Assembly (NCBI GenBank): GCA_964522435.1
Contig: CAZFUL010000006.1
Coordinates: forward strand, 9,573-73,572
Origin: an uncultured Gammaproteobacteria bacterium
GTDB lineage: Bacteria; Patescibacteriota; Patescibacteriia; Magasanikbacterales; UBA922
Reading direction: 5' to 3'
Length of the DNA stretch: 64,000 bases
Positions within the stretch are counted from its first letter, which is position 1. Each line of letters begins with the position of its first letter. The notes under the pieces were generated by a model. It ran no database searches, had not been told where the DNA came from, and saw only the letters and a list, made by a program, of their open reading frames with translations. Positions 49,127 through 60,759 of the stretch are shown piece after piece. The position numbers and the translations under genes were made by a program.

Positions 49127-49609
49127 TTAAAGGCTTCCTTCTCCTAAAGGATTATACCCATTAAATACTTCTACCCCATCAAAAAATCCATCGCCATCTG
49201 AATCGGGATTTGTTGGGTTTGTTTTCCACACACTCCGTTCATTCAGATCACTTAATCCATCACCATCACTATCAAAATCTCTATCTGTTGTTCCAATTGT
49301 TTCTTCTTCTATATCAGAAATACCATCCATATCGGTATCATGCGTCGTATCTTCGATAATAGGCAAATCAAGTTCATTTGGTATTTTTTCTTCCGTACCT
49401 ACTGCATTGCTATTGCTTTGTATACCAGCCGCCGCTCTTGAGTTAAGATAGTTTCGCAAAAACAAAAACCCTATCACCAACAGGATAATTGCTATGATCA
49501 CGCCCACAACAACCATTCGATGATGTGCTATACCCGGCTCCTTTACAGAAACCGTCGTCACGGTAGGGGCTGGTGGTGGAGTTACATTTGTTGACAATGG
49601 GTCTTCCAT
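49127..49609 (-). CDS. Membrane protein with Ca-binding TSP3-like repeats
   Basis: TM; DTDMDG, DSDGDGL, DSDGDGF...GYNP. Confidence 0.8.
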   Translation of the reverse strand: MEDPLSTNVTPPPAPTVTTVSVKEPGIAHHRMVVVGVIIAIILLVIGFLFLRNYLNSRAAAGIQSNSNAVGTEEKIPNELDLPIIEDTTHDTDMDGISDIEEETIGTTDRDFDSDGDGLSDLNERSVWKTNPTNPDSDGDGFFDGVEVFNGYNPLGEGSL

Positions 49610-49639
49610 AGATGAGTAGTATAGCACATACGCTATCTA

Positions 49640-52600
49640 TTATCGATCTCGATTACACGCTTGTCCTGGAACATTACACAGCACGTCCGCATAGTCTGTC
49701 TCAATTGATCCATGACTTGAGGCAATACCTTGTGTGTCGGTTACCACAGCAGCACCATTTACCTCTGGGGTATAAATACGATATTGACCATTAATAAATA
49801 CAATATTAAATGGATGCCAGTAGCGAGCGATCCCTTCATTATTACTTCCAGAAGCATTTTTTAATTCAAATACATAGTCCGGGGTATATAACGAATACGC
49901 TGGTATTTGATTTGCTTGGTACTCATATATTTCAACACGCACATTTCTGTTCGCAAATTCAGAAATAGAGATATTATTTGCATTAGCAATGGCGCCAACA
50001 AAAAACGCAATTGGCCGATTTGCAAAATTTTGCCCTCGCGTTGCGGCTAAGTTTACCGTCATACTTTGCACAACGGTTCTTTGTAGACTAAATACATTGT
50101 GTATTGCCGTTGATCCATCAAATAATGAACAATTATCCGGCATCCAGTACCCTGCCAACGATTCATTATTTGCTCGTTGACGAATACGGTTACACAACCC
50201 GTTCTGGGCTAATACATCCGTATAGGTTAATCGCCCACCATGGCTTCTAATAAACACATCTCCTGAGCGTTGATTAAAGAGATTTCCGGTAAAGGCAATC
50301 ACCTCATCCTGCGCACCGCCTACATCATAGCGTACCACAATACGCAAATGATTTTGTGGTACTGCAGGTGATACAACCAGTTCATTGTTAATTGCCACAC
50401 CTTCTCCCTGTACAGGATAAGGAAACAAACTAAAACGTCCCGCATCAGACAAATTATCTGTTAAGACCGCGCCTACATCAACCCCATTTGGGGCAAGATC
50501 ATCATAATTAGTATTTGGATCAACAACACGCGCAATTTTATCAATATTAAAGGCAACATGATAGGCATCGGTACATAAGGTATTTGCTTCTAAGCGCCGA
50601 GGGTTTATTTGAGCGGGATTATTTGCTGCAGGGTTTCCATTCAAAATAAGATCTGTCAACATTTGGTGAGATTCATTATAGTTATTTCCTACAGAGAACA
50701 CAGAAAACCGAGATACATTTGCCAAGCTCGTTCGGCGTAATAAATACTGCGTTTGAGCAAAATTTCCCCAAGGTGTTAGAGCAAGCTGTGGATTTTCAAT
50801 CACATTCAAAATAGCCAAATTTGGTGTCGCTCCAGGCGCAGGACGCAACCCACAGGTAACACAACTACTCACTAATGAACGACAATCATTGTTACAAGAA
50901 ATATCTCCACGCTGGGTATATACATTTGGCGTATCAAAACATTGTTTTACCTCGTGATCTAAGGTCGCAGGACGACCCAACAATAATGCTAATTGATTCG
51001 CAAATAAGGCTTGCGGCGCAGCAATACGATTAGAGGTTCCCAAAGATTCCTGAAGTGGTGAGGTAATAACTCGTTCATTTCCACCTTCAGTTATCACATC
51101 GCAAGCTTCATACACAGGAATTTGTACTTCTGCCCCATCAATAAAGCGCAATGTACGATTTTCTCCCACAAGATCAATAACCCCATTGCCACAATAGGCC
51201 ACAGAATCTGCGGTTAATACTTCTCGACAGTCAACAGAACAATAATTACAGGTTCCTTCATACCCGGCAGTACAAGCAATACCATTTTGATCGCCATTGT
51301 CACACAGCTCTGCCACATTATTTCTATTTGGGGATTGCACAATACCATCGCCACAACGTCCGGCTAATTCTGGATTTACTTGTGGCGCAGCACCCTGACA
51401 TAAGGCATTACAACCATCACCGTTACGCGTATTCCCATCATCACACTGTTCTCCAAATTGTCCTTGGGTCACGCCATCACCACAAAAACCACCATGATTT
51501 TGACAACTGAGTGAACAAGAATTTGACTGACGAAGCGCATATTCTTGACATGCCGTAATATCTAAGATAGCCGTGCGGAATTGCTCTGGTTCATCAACGC
51601 GTAATACGGTATCGGTTCCTCCTAATTCAGCCCATTGTACAAACACATCTTGTTGGCCCTGTACTGCTAATACATAGGTGTATACTCCGTCACTCAATAA
51701 TTGAGTAATTTCCTCGTTTGGTGATTGGGCTTCAGCAACAGGACCATCAACCACAACAACAAAGCTTTTGGGTCGAGCTGCTTCTACCGGATCGTTAGGG
51801 CTAAAGACACCACGATTGCGCAGCGCATCAATACCAGAACCAAGGGGGGCGGTCCAAAGCGCATTGGGATTTCCTGCAGCAAGCAATGCCGCGCGAACCT
51901 GTTGCGGTGTATAGAATCCCACAGGCAAAATCTCAGGATATTGATTCTCAGCAACAACGCCTCTAAATAATGCAATACCAATTTTTGCTTTTCCTTCTAA
52001 CTCTTGCGCGATATTGGTCATACCATCAATAGTAACTGCCCAATTTGTTGGGACATTCAGACCACGCACGGTTTGCATTGATCCAGAATGTTCTATCAAA
52101 AAGTAGACTACTGGCTCACCAACGGCATTATTATCTAAAATAAATTGACAGACCCCTCCCACTTCATCACAAAATTCAAAGGTAGTTTCTCCTCCATCAA
52201 AACGACCATTATTATTCGCATCAGCAAAATCAAGGACACCATTACCACAAGAACCGGCAGCAGAAACGCTTCTACAGCCAAGATTGAGAGCGGGGTTTCC
52301 AGGATGTTGTCCGGGCGCATCACATTGTCCATACCGGCCATTTAACGCTCCATCGTCACAGAGTTCATCTGGGTCGACAATACCATTTCCACAACTTCCT
52401 ACCTGTTCACAGGCACCAACTTCCCACTGACACGCATCGGTACAACGACTCAGCGCACGTTGATTAGGCACAGCCTGACGATTTCCATTTGCATCAATTT
52501 GTACACAGGCAACATCTTGAACACTTCCAGGAGGATCACAGGACTCCCCAATATTTACCACGCCATCACCACAACGTCCTGCAAAAGGACTGTGGACATC

Positions 52601-55600
52601 ACCTGGCTGACACCAGGCATCAGATGAATAATGCTCCGTATCAATAAATTGCGCAACAATCGCGTCATTTTCAGTAAAATATTCAAGCGGCGCATGCAGG
52701 GTATAATTATCTGAATTTGATGAGTAATACTCGGTAATTTGACTTGCTTGCGGACAAATAAAACGAGATTGAACAGCATCCCAACAAGTAGATTCGTCTT
52801 GAATCAAACAGCTATTTCCTTCTCCAGGACATTGCGCATTATCAACACAACTCGCAAATACTCCCTGTGCATTTGCAATTTGACAGCGTCCACAAGCAGA
52901 CCATTCATTAACAGGATCAGACGCAATGCCGCCAATAAGACCGGATAATCTTCCCCATGATGGCCAACGAGAATTGGTATATCCAGGAATAAATGTTCCT
53001 CCTTGAAGATTTGGATAACTTCCTTCGCGCTGTTCATAGGCAGATAACTGTTCTTGCACATCACGAATTTCTGCAAGCCGTTGCCAATCATGAACAAATT
53101 TTGTTTTTGCTTGAGAACAAATACCATTTGTTCCATCGAGTGCCGCCCCAACAAAATCTCGACAGTCAAAATCATCTCGACAAGAAATGCTTGCTGCGGC
53201 AATAGCACTGATACGAGGATCATCATCGCGAGGGATACGTCTATCTTGAACAGGAACATTGGCATCTACTCCCTCAGACAAACAATAGCCAATATCACTC
53301 ACATTGGTATTAAAGAGCAGGGATTCGATAATTTGGTCAAAAACTACTTGAGTACTTGGTTGAGCACCAACATTCAAACTAAAGACGTAGATATTGTTAT
53401 ATACCTCTCTATTGCGTTTAAAATCAGTTACTACATTTAAGGCATTTACATAGATACTCTTTCCATCACTTACCGCATCATAGCCGTCAATTGTTAATTC
53501 TTGAAGACGATCCGCGCCAAAAGCAAAGGTGGTATTAAACCAATCACGTGCAGATAAACGCTGTGGATTTTCAAAAATCTGCAATCCTAATACATCGTCA
53601 TTTTGATCATTGAAAAACAGAAGGCGTTGTAATGTTCCGGTAACAAAACTTTCCGGACCACCAGGAATATCTTCTGGATTCACGACCGCACCAACATCAA
53701 AATAAGGAAGATCATCTTCAGTAAAACCACTCAGGCCAGCATCCGCACAATAACTGAATGAAAAATTAAATCGGTCATCTGTATAGGGATATTTGTCCGC
53801 TTCTGGCCAAGGACGTTCACAAAAACTTGCGGTTAATTCTGTACTTCCACTAAAAATACGTCCTTTATGATTATCAGCACCATTTGTTTGATCTTCAATT
53901 ACAACGGCTTGACCACTCGCAATAATCCGTCCCTCGACTTGTCGAGAACCAATTGTTACTTGTTGGGTATTTGTTGGGGTATTTTCTACCGGAACAGCAA
54001 AAATAGGATCTTCTTGTGGTGCCCAACGCCATTCCCAATCATAAATATTACGAATTGGCTGAATTTCTTGATTTCCTTGAGAGCTTTCTGAGCGCGCAAT
54101 AAAGGTTGAAGTAGTAAGTGGTGCAGTAAATATGTATGAAGCAGGATCCACAGTGACATTGCGTAAACGACACACATCTGCACCCGTTCTAAAGCTAATA
54201 AAATCATCATCATCAAAACGTCCCCCTTGTTGTTGTTCTCCTCGAATACTCACCCCTATATCATTTTTAATACCAGCCACGCCTCCGCGTAAGACTACCG
54301 CATACACGGCATTTGGCTCTAATGCTGCGCCAATGGATAAAGAAATCGTGCTTGTTACATGGGTATCATTTTCTGCCCATTCATACGCGACCGCAGGCGT
54401 TACCGCTATTTCTCCACTACACCAGGTGGACATACCGTCATACAGCGCAGCAGCCTGAACACTATTTCTTCCAAACAGACGCGCAAATAGAGATTTTATT
54501 TTTGCAAAAAATCGTTCAAAGAATGGCAAGTCTTCATCGACGATCCCTGCTTGTGCCGCAAGCACCGCACCCACTCGTGCAGTCACGTCCGTGCCCACAC
54601 AATCATGATTTGCATCTGCAAACCCTTGTGCTAGCACAATATTATTTTGTAACGTTTCTTCATCAAGACTTCGTTCATTTCTAAAAGAAATATCAATACG
54701 CGTGTTACGACAGATACCCACATCTCCATCAATTGGGTATGATGCCGCTCTTGCTGGACGTTTTGCACAGCAAGAATTGTTGGCTACCCCCACACTGTTA
54801 TCATCAACACCACAGGTATTCACGGTCGTAGACAATAATGTATCTGGCTCTTTTCGAATTTCAACATCATCAATCAAAAAGCTTACATTATCTAGATTAC
54901 CTAATGCAGGATCATTGCGACTCACAAATACAGAAAATCGATAATTTGCTTGTTCTTCTAAAAAGAAGGATTGATCAAAGGTATGCCATTGATTATCGGC
55001 TTGATCTAAGCGAATAACAATATCATCTTGATCATTTTGATCATGAGAACCCAGTTGTGCATATACCGTCCCTGTGGCAAAACGATACGCAAAACGAACA
55101 CGATACACCCCACGTCCTTCTATGGCAAGTCCTTTTTGAAACACACCTGTCCCGCCATCTTCTTTATGCACCGTTACTTCTAAACTCCGTGCACCCGCAA
55201 ACACGCCTGCGTCATCAACTAATTTTTCTAATTGAAATGGTGCGGCGCCTTCACTTACCCAGGCATCAAGCGCTGCTGATTCCATGTCTGCATCTTGAAT
55301 CACATTTAATTCTGCCAATTGAGAAGAAAATGGTTGTTCGATATGTCCACACATCAAACGATAGTCTGCAGCGCCACTCACCACCGGATTGATATTCGTA
55401 AAGACACCATCACGATCTCGTAATCGTTCTGCCACGGCTGAGATGGTTGTCTCTTGTTCGTTTGTGTCAGGATTTACCACACCTTCACCAATAGCCGTCA
55501 CTACTTGAAACGGATTTTGTCCTAAGGGATTTGCTTGTCTTGGTAATTCACAACCAGCATACTCACCTATACCTATTACCCCATCACTACATAATGATGG

Positions 55601-58600
55601 CGTATCATACTGAACAGAAGAACCAATAATATGACAATCTTGACGACAATCCACATCGCCTTGGGCACAACGAATACCTCCCTCATCTTTATGAGGCACT
55701 TGATTAAGTGCACAAATATTTTGTAAAAGACAAGAAGCGCTACAATGTGACGCAACACGATCGAGAGGAACAGGTATGTTAATAACCCCTTGTCCATTAG
55801 GACCGGCCACACGAATAGAATCGCCAATAATTTCACATTCTTCTCCTTTATCAAGCAACCCATCGCCACAAACGCTATTGGCAAACAAACAGGCATTTCC
55901 AACAACCTCTTGTGGTATGCGTGCACGTTCTGGCCCACTACACCAGCGTTCGGCAATAGGAGTTCCTTCGTTGAAACAACGATCAGAACAGCCGATACCG
56001 CCATCACAATCTTCTCCTCGAGTTAATGCACCATCGCCACAAAGTACGGGCAAATCAACGCCAGTATTTGTACAACTCGCAGAACAACCTTGCCAGAGGG
56101 CTTTATCTCCTCCTTGATCACATTCTTCTCCTAATAATGGTTCTACTTGTCCATTGCCACAGGTTGCGGCAGCAGAACCTGGTCGTAAACAGGCTATGGT
56201 ACAGGTTTGTCCCAAGACTTCACCACCCACAGCAATATCACAATCTTCACCAGCTTCTACTCTCCCGTTACCACATAAGCCTGGCACTTCTTGAGCATAA
56301 TCATTTTTTGTAATGGTACTTCCTCGATAAATACAGGCAGCCGTACAATAGGGCGCAATGTCACCTTGACTACTAAACGCAGAAACGGTCGCAACAGCAT
56401 CATCACGAACATCCCAACGCCAACCATAGCCCCAAGGATTTAAGCGTTGTCCAAATGAACTACATTGATCTGGCGCAGAAATAGGCATAGCACCGTATCT
56501 GGTTTTTTGACCAAGCAATTGTGCACTAAATGGATCTGGTTGTACCTCGACGCGCGCAATCTGACAAAAAGGATCTTCTGGTTTTATTCTAAATTTCCAT
56601 TGATATGGGGCAACAGATTCACCTGCAAATACCGCATTACCATCAACTCTCCCAATAGACAAAATATCTGCAGGAATAGAGGCCAAATACCAGGTACCCG
56701 TAGACATTTTTTCTGGATTTCCTATATATGTCTGATAAATATAGCGATCACTCACCCCATCAACTAATTGAATATCTGTATCCGTAAAGGCAAGACAGTC
56801 TGCATTCACACACTCACGAACAAGTAAGCGATGTTTTCCATCTCTGTCTTTATAACTGTCTTCCATCATCGGACGATTAAAGCGCACGCCAACACTTATA
56901 TTACTACAAGAAAATTGACAATCCGGTACTGGCCAGGCTTGAATGACACGAGGCTCTCCTAAATTAACCTGCAAGGTACTTGTTCCACGAATGCCATTTC
57001 CATTAATATCTATATCAGCGGTAATAAAGGTTGGTTGTCCTTGACTATCTTGTAATGCGGTAACGGTTGCTTTATGTAAGCGAACATTATCGCGCAGTGT
57101 TGTTGCAATCGCTCGCGCAGAACTATCCCATCTCCATTCTTCTTTTGAAACATCTAATACTAAGCAAGCTTGATCAGCTCGTCCAAGCACGGTGTAATAT
57201 AACGGATGAGCGACTTGTTGTAAGTTAAATGGATCAAAAGGAAAGCGAGGATCTTGTAATTTACCAAGATAATGTGCGGTAAATAATGGTGGATCAATAT
57301 CTGCGCCAATTAATTGACACAGTCCATCACCATTCACACCTCCGGCACTATCCCCTGTTTGAAAATCAAAATAATAGGCACTGCCTTCTGGTAAATTTGC
57401 TAAGTTATTGTGTACCCGCAGACTTGAGGTAGTAAAAATGGGGTTACCCGCAATGTCCTTTGCTCCTGTATTATGTTGCGCACGAATATCGTCAGAAAGT
57501 ACCACACGATACCAGGTATTTTGAGAAAATTGACCATTTGGTTGAATATGGTTCAATTGAACTCGATTCACTAAATTTGGTTCAAACACAAATTGATCTG
57601 TGACTTCAGTGTCATAGTCTCCACACACAGGCGTATTTCCATTACCACAGGTAAACACCTTCACGGTGTCGCTATTTAATGTTCTTGGATTCATATCCAA
57701 GGTAAACCGAGCGGTAATAACCGCATTCAAACAGACACCGTCTTGACCACCATCATTGCGCACACTCCAAGGAGACGGAGAGGGAAGCTCAGCAGCGCGA
57801 CATTCTAACACTTCAACCACGTCAGGGATTTGAGGAATAATACCCGTGGTAAAGCGCCACACATAGCCAGACGTTCGCTCTTCTCCTTCACACAATTGTC
57901 CGTTTTGTTGCCACACCCCAGCATCAGGGCCTTCAATACAACAACGATATCCCTGTTCAATAAGAGGGTGGGGATCATCACTTATCCGAGCATGTTCCGC
58001 TTGATCAAGTTGACAATCACTTATCGTATAACGAACACCATTACTAAAAAGCCCTTGTGCATTCTGCACTTTAATGGGTCCGGTCCGCATAGAATCCAAA
58101 CGATTATTAGCATCATTTGGAGTCAAATCATCTTCAGGGATACGTGTACTTATTTTATCATCAGAAACATCTTCCAATACATTATTTCCGTTCACGCGAT
58201 GTTTTGCAGAAGAAAGCCAGGTATCAAGATTATTTGCAAGAGCTCCGCGGGTCCAATAAAACACGGTAGGATTATTTGAAAAATTTCTTCCAGAAATTAA
58301 TAGTGGCTCATCGTCTGGTCCGAGGGGTGCGGTTCCTCTATTTGGTTGAATACCACAAATACTTGGCAGTGGCGCTCCCGCGTTCACGCGTAGTCGTTCT
58401 TCTCCATTACTTTGACGCCCATCTTGTGTCCGAACAAGTACTGCATATTCAGCAGGCGCAATATCATCTGGAATACCCACAACAATTTGTGCCTCTTCCC
58501 AAGAGTCCCCACAGACCTGCGCATCAAGAACACGACAAGCATTTGGATTGTTTGCACAATTTCTCACGGTATTGGTATCTGCTGCAATATAGACGCTTCC

Positions 58601-60757
58601 TACCCCGTCACCAAAGCGCTGTCCAGTAAGCGTTACCAAACTCCCCGGAGTTACGGCTACGGGATCTATCTCAATAATATCAGGCGTTTGATCTCCTCCA
58701 GCGGGTTGTACATGCAACGCAACAGGATTACTACTTACCTCTCCCACACGAGCGCTTACCAAAATTTGTTCCGGATTCATGTTTGGAATCGTTGAAAAAA
58801 TACGCTCGTTTTGCCATGCAGAAACATTTCCTGCAATACGGCCAAATAATAATTCTGCCCTATTATTTCCTAAATTTTTTCCATGAACAATAATATCTGT
58901 TCCAGGTCTTCCTCCGGCTAACAAATTATTTTGTCTATCAGTAATCTGACAAAGTCCAGGGCGTTGTGTCTCATTTTTTACAAAAAATCCATCAAAGGGA
59001 CCAGGTCTGCCTCCGCGAGCATCTGTTGTACTATCTTCATAGACCGGCTCACCCAAACGTAAATTCACTGCCCGTACCACACGAATACTACTACTGCTAT
59101 TTATTGGTAAATCAACCCCAGGAACAGCCACAATAATAGCGGTGTCGGTCCAGGTATCCGCAGCCGCATCACATTGTGGTGGTTGTGCGTTCACCGAACG
59201 AAGATTTCCAGCATTATCAATATAGTCAAAAAACACTTGTCCTTGGGCTTCACCAAAAAAGTTTCCTACAATCGTAATAAAGTTACCTTCGGCCCCATCA
59301 AACGCAGGTAATACCGTATCAATAATAGGCGCAGCAACACATTGATTGTTCACACAACGTTGTGACGCACACTCCCAATTTTGTTCACAACGTCCCATGC
59401 CTAAACAGGCACCGCCAATATCGATATCTATTTCTCCCTCATCTAATACGCCATTTTGACAATTTTCTCCAACAACAATCACACTCGATGTGGCAATCGT
59501 GCTATTTCCATCAAGGTCCGCTGCGCTAAGCGCCAAGGTATATTTTGTCGGTACGGGAGTTCTTCTTCCTACTTGAAATCCATAAGAAAAAGTATACGCA
59601 CCATGTGACCCATCTTTTACCAAAGGCCCATCAACATAGGTTACCGTATCGGCTTCATTGCGAAGATTTTCTATTTCAAGATGCACATAACCAATACCAC
59701 CGCGTCCATTTTGACGATCTCTCACTTGTGAGATTATGTCAGTTTCCTGACCACGACGCAGAATAATACCATCATCCCCTACTTGGAATTTATTTAGTTG
59801 ATTCACCGTTATTGGATCAATACTTGGTGCTTGTTGGTCGAGGGCATCATGCTCAATACGAAATGCGGCATCAAGAGGAAATTTTCCACAAGGAGTATCT
59901 ACTCGTACTTGTTTATTCCCTGATTGGCTACGCAAATTTTCATTAACGGTAATCCTATAACTTCCTTCTTTTAGACAAGAAGATTCCTGATTATTTCTAT
60001 CACCAAACGCACAGACCCCATCATTTTCAGAAAAACGCAATTCAACGACGTTATTTCCTTCAATAAAGCTTGCCTCTTCTGGTTGTATTGATTGATCATT
60101 GATAAAGAGCGTTACCGCATCGTCAGCATCAATCGCATTTCCTACGGCTTCACTGAGGACAACACGAACCACGATATCTTTATGTCCGGTAGTATTATCA
60201 TTTTCAACAGACGTATTGGGACTAATACTTTTTACGACAAAAATATTTCGCTCTGCCAAACATTGATCAACATCATTTCCTCCTCCTGCAGGTTGACACG
60301 CTACCCCTTGACAGTTGTTATCTTCATCATCTTGTTGTTCAACATTAACGCCACCATTATTAATAGCTGCTTCAAGCTTATTTAATAAAAATCTTGTAAT
60401 ACCCCAAGACGAAAGCACAATTACCAAGCCAATCACGGCATTAATAATCATTTTTTTTGCTTGGCCAATTTTTTCATCATTCCCTCCTGCTGTCATCCAG
60501 GTAAACCCAGCGTACAAAATAAACAGCAATACAATAATAGAAACAATCCCTAAAAAGGTATTAATAATACGAGCAATAGTGATACGAATATCTGTATTTC
60601 CTAAAGAACTTTCTTGTTCAAATTCAGCAATACCAAAATCTCCTTGTTGTTGAGCCAACACATCTGGACCAAGAAAAAACATCCCAACACTAAAAATACT
60701 TATAAGCAAAAATATGGCAAGGTGACGAAATAGCTGAAGATGACGAAAGTACTTCAT
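49640..60757 (-). CDS. Giant surface protein (3705 aa): VirB2/TrbC-like pilin, Ig-like, IPT/TIG, Cys-rich repeats, CBM-like and VWA
   Basis: YAGFTWMTAGGNDEKIGQAKKMIINAVIGL; IVGNFFG-type IPT repeats; CGNGxVExGExCD repeats; FLIEHSGSM. Confidence 0.88.
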   Translation of the reverse strand: MKYFRHLQLFRHLAIFLLISIFSVGMFFLGPDVLAQQQGDFGIAEFEQESSLGNTDIRITIARIINTFLGIVSIIVLLFILYAGFTWMTAGGNDEKIGQAKKMIINAVIGLVIVLSSWGITRFLLNKLEAAINNGGVNVEQQDDEDNNCQGVACQPAGGGNDVDQCLAERNIFVVKSISPNTSVENDNTTGHKDIVVRVVLSEAVGNAIDADDAVTLFINDQSIQPEEASFIEGNNVVELRFSENDGVCAFGDRNNQESSCLKEGSYRITVNENLRSQSGNKQVRVDTPCGKFPLDAAFRIEHDALDQQAPSIDPITVNQLNKFQVGDDGIILRRGQETDIISQVRDRQNGRGGIGYVHLEIENLRNEADTVTYVDGPLVKDGSHGAYTFSYGFQVGRRTPVPTKYTLALSAADLDGNSTIATSSVIVVGENCQNGVLDEGEIDIDIGGACLGMGRCEQNWECASQRCVNNQCVAAPIIDTVLPAFDGAEGNFITIVGNFFGEAQGQVFFDYIDNAGNLRSVNAQPPQCDAAADTWTDTAIIVAVPGVDLPINSSSSIRVVRAVNLRLGEPVYEDSTTDARGGRPGPFDGFFVKNETQRPGLCQITDRQNNLLAGGRPGTDIIVHGKNLGNNRAELLFGRIAGNVSAWQNERIFSTIPNMNPEQILVSARVGEVSSNPVALHVQPAGGDQTPDIIEIDPVAVTPGSLVTLTGQRFGDGVGSVYIAADTNTVRNCANNPNACRVLDAQVCGDSWEEAQIVVGIPDDIAPAEYAVLVRTQDGRQSNGEERLRVNAGAPLPSICGIQPNRGTAPLGPDDEPLLISGRNFSNNPTVFYWTRGALANNLDTWLSSAKHRVNGNNVLEDVSDDKISTRIPEDDLTPNDANNRLDSMRTGPIKVQNAQGLFSNGVRYTISDCQLDQAEHARISDDPHPLIEQGYRCCIEGPDAGVWQQNGQLCEGEERTSGYVWRFTTGIIPQIPDVVEVLECRAAELPSPSPWSVRNDGGQDGVCLNAVITARFTLDMNPRTLNSDTVKVFTCGNGNTPVCGDYDTEVTDQFVFEPNLVNRVQLNHIQPNGQFSQNTWYRVVLSDDIRAQHNTGAKDIAGNPIFTTSSLRVHNNLANLPEGSAYYFDFQTGDSAGGVNGDGLCQLIGADIDPPLFTAHYLGKLQDPRFPFDPFNLQQVAHPLYYTVLGRADQACLVLDVSKEEWRWDSSARAIATTLRDNVRLHKATVTALQDSQGQPTFITADIDINGNGIRGTSTLQVNLGEPRVIQAWPVPDCQFSCSNISVGVRFNRPMMEDSYKDRDGKHRLLVRECVNADCLAFTDTDIQLVDGVSDRYIYQTYIGNPEKMSTGTWYLASIPADILSIGRVDGNAVFAGESVAPYQWKFRIKPEDPFCQIARVEVQPDPFSAQLLGQKTRYGAMPISAPDQCSSFGQRLNPWGYGWRWDVRDDAVATVSAFSSQGDIAPYCTAACIYRGSTITKNDYAQEVPGLCGNGRVEAGEDCDIAVGGEVLGQTCTIACLRPGSAAATCGNGQVEPLLGEECDQGGDKALWQGCSASCTNTGVDLPVLCGDGALTRGEDCDGGIGCSDRCFNEGTPIAERWCSGPERARIPQEVVGNACLFANSVCGDGLLDKGEECEIIGDSIRVAGPNGQGVINIPVPLDRVASHCSASCLLQNICALNQVPHKDEGGIRCAQGDVDCRQDCHIIGSSVQYDTPSLCSDGVIGIGEYAGCELPRQANPLGQNPFQVVTAIGEGVVNPDTNEQETTISAVAERLRDRDGVFTNINPVVSGAADYRLMCGHIEQPFSSQLAELNVIQDADMESAALDAWVSEGAAPFQLEKLVDDAGVFAGARSLEVTVHKEDGGTGVFQKGLAIEGRGVYRVRFAYRFATGTVYAQLGSHDQNDQDDIVIRLDQADNQWHTFDQSFFLEEQANYRFSVFVSRNDPALGNLDNVSFLIDDVEIRKEPDTLLSTTVNTCGVDDNSVGVANNSCCAKRPARAASYPIDGDVGICRNTRIDISFRNERSLDEETLQNNIVLAQGFADANHDCVGTDVTARVGAVLAAQAGIVDEDLPFFERFFAKIKSLFARLFGRNSVQAAALYDGMSTWCSGEIAVTPAVAYEWAENDTHVTSTISLSIGAALEPNAVYAVVLRGGVAGIKNDIGVSIRGEQQQGGRFDDDDFISFRTGADVCRLRNVTVDPASYIFTAPLTTSTFIARSESSQGNQEIQPIRNIYDWEWRWAPQEDPIFAVPVENTPTNTQQVTIGSRQVEGRIIASGQAVVIEDQTNGADNHKGRIFSGSTELTASFCERPWPEADKYPYTDDRFNFSFSYCADAGLSGFTEDDLPYFDVGAVVNPEDIPGGPESFVTGTLQRLLFFNDQNDDVLGLQIFENPQRLSARDWFNTTFAFGADRLQELTIDGYDAVSDGKSIYVNALNVVTDFKRNREVYNNIYVFSLNVGAQPSTQVVFDQIIESLLFNTNVSDIGYCLSEGVDANVPVQDRRIPRDDDPRISAIAAASISCRDDFDCRDFVGAALDGTNGICSQAKTKFVHDWQRLAEIRDVQEQLSAYEQREGSYPNLQGGTFIPGYTNSRWPSWGRLSGLIGGIASDPVNEWSACGRCQIANAQGVFASCVDNAQCPGEGNSCLIQDESTCWDAVQSRFICPQASQITEYYSSNSDNYTLHAPLEYFTENDAIVAQFIDTEHYSSDAWCQPGDVHSPFAGRCGDGVVNIGESCDPPGSVQDVACVQIDANGNRQAVPNQRALSRCTDACQWEVGACEQVGSCGNGIVDPDELCDDGALNGRYGQCDAPGQHPGNPALNLGCRSVSAAGSCGNGVLDFADANNNGRFDGGETTFEFCDEVGGVCQFILDNNAVGEPVVYFLIEHSGSMQTVRGLNVPTNWAVTIDGMTNIAQELEGKAKIGIALFRGVVAENQYPEILPVGFYTPQQVRAALLAAGNPNALWTAPLGSGIDALRNRGVFSPNDPVEAARPKSFVVVVDGPVAEAQSPNEEITQLLSDGVYTYVLAVQGQQDVFVQWAELGGTDTVLRVDEPEQFRTAILDITACQEYALRQSNSCSLSCQNHGGFCGDGVTQGQFGEQCDDGNTRNGDGCNALCQGAAPQVNPELAGRCGDGIVQSPNRNNVAELCDNGDQNGIACTAGYEGTCNYCSVDCREVLTADSVAYCGNGVIDLVGENRTLRFIDGAEVQIPVYEACDVITEGGNERVITSPLQESLGTSNRIAAPQALFANQLALLLGRPATLDHEVKQCFDTPNVYTQRGDISCNNDCRSLVSSCVTCGLRPAPGATPNLAILNVIENPQLALTPWGNFAQTQYLLRRTSLANVSRFSVFSVGNNYNESHQMLTDLILNGNPAANNPAQINPRRLEANTLCTDAYHVAFNIDKIARVVDPNTNYDDLAPNGVDVGAVLTDNLSDAGRFSLFPYPVQGEGVAINNELVVSPAVPQNHLRIVVRYDVGGAQDEVIAFTGNLFNQRSGDVFIRSHGGRLTYTDVLAQNGLCNRIRQRANNESLAGYWMPDNCSLFDGSTAIHNVFSLQRTVVQSMTVNLAATRGQNFANRPIAFFVGAIANANNISISEFANRNVRVEIYEYQANQIPAYSLYTPDYVFELKNASGSNNEGIARYWHPFNIVFINGQYRIYTPEVNGAAVVTDTQGIASSHGSIETDYADVLCNVPGQACNRDR

Positions 60758-60759
60758 AG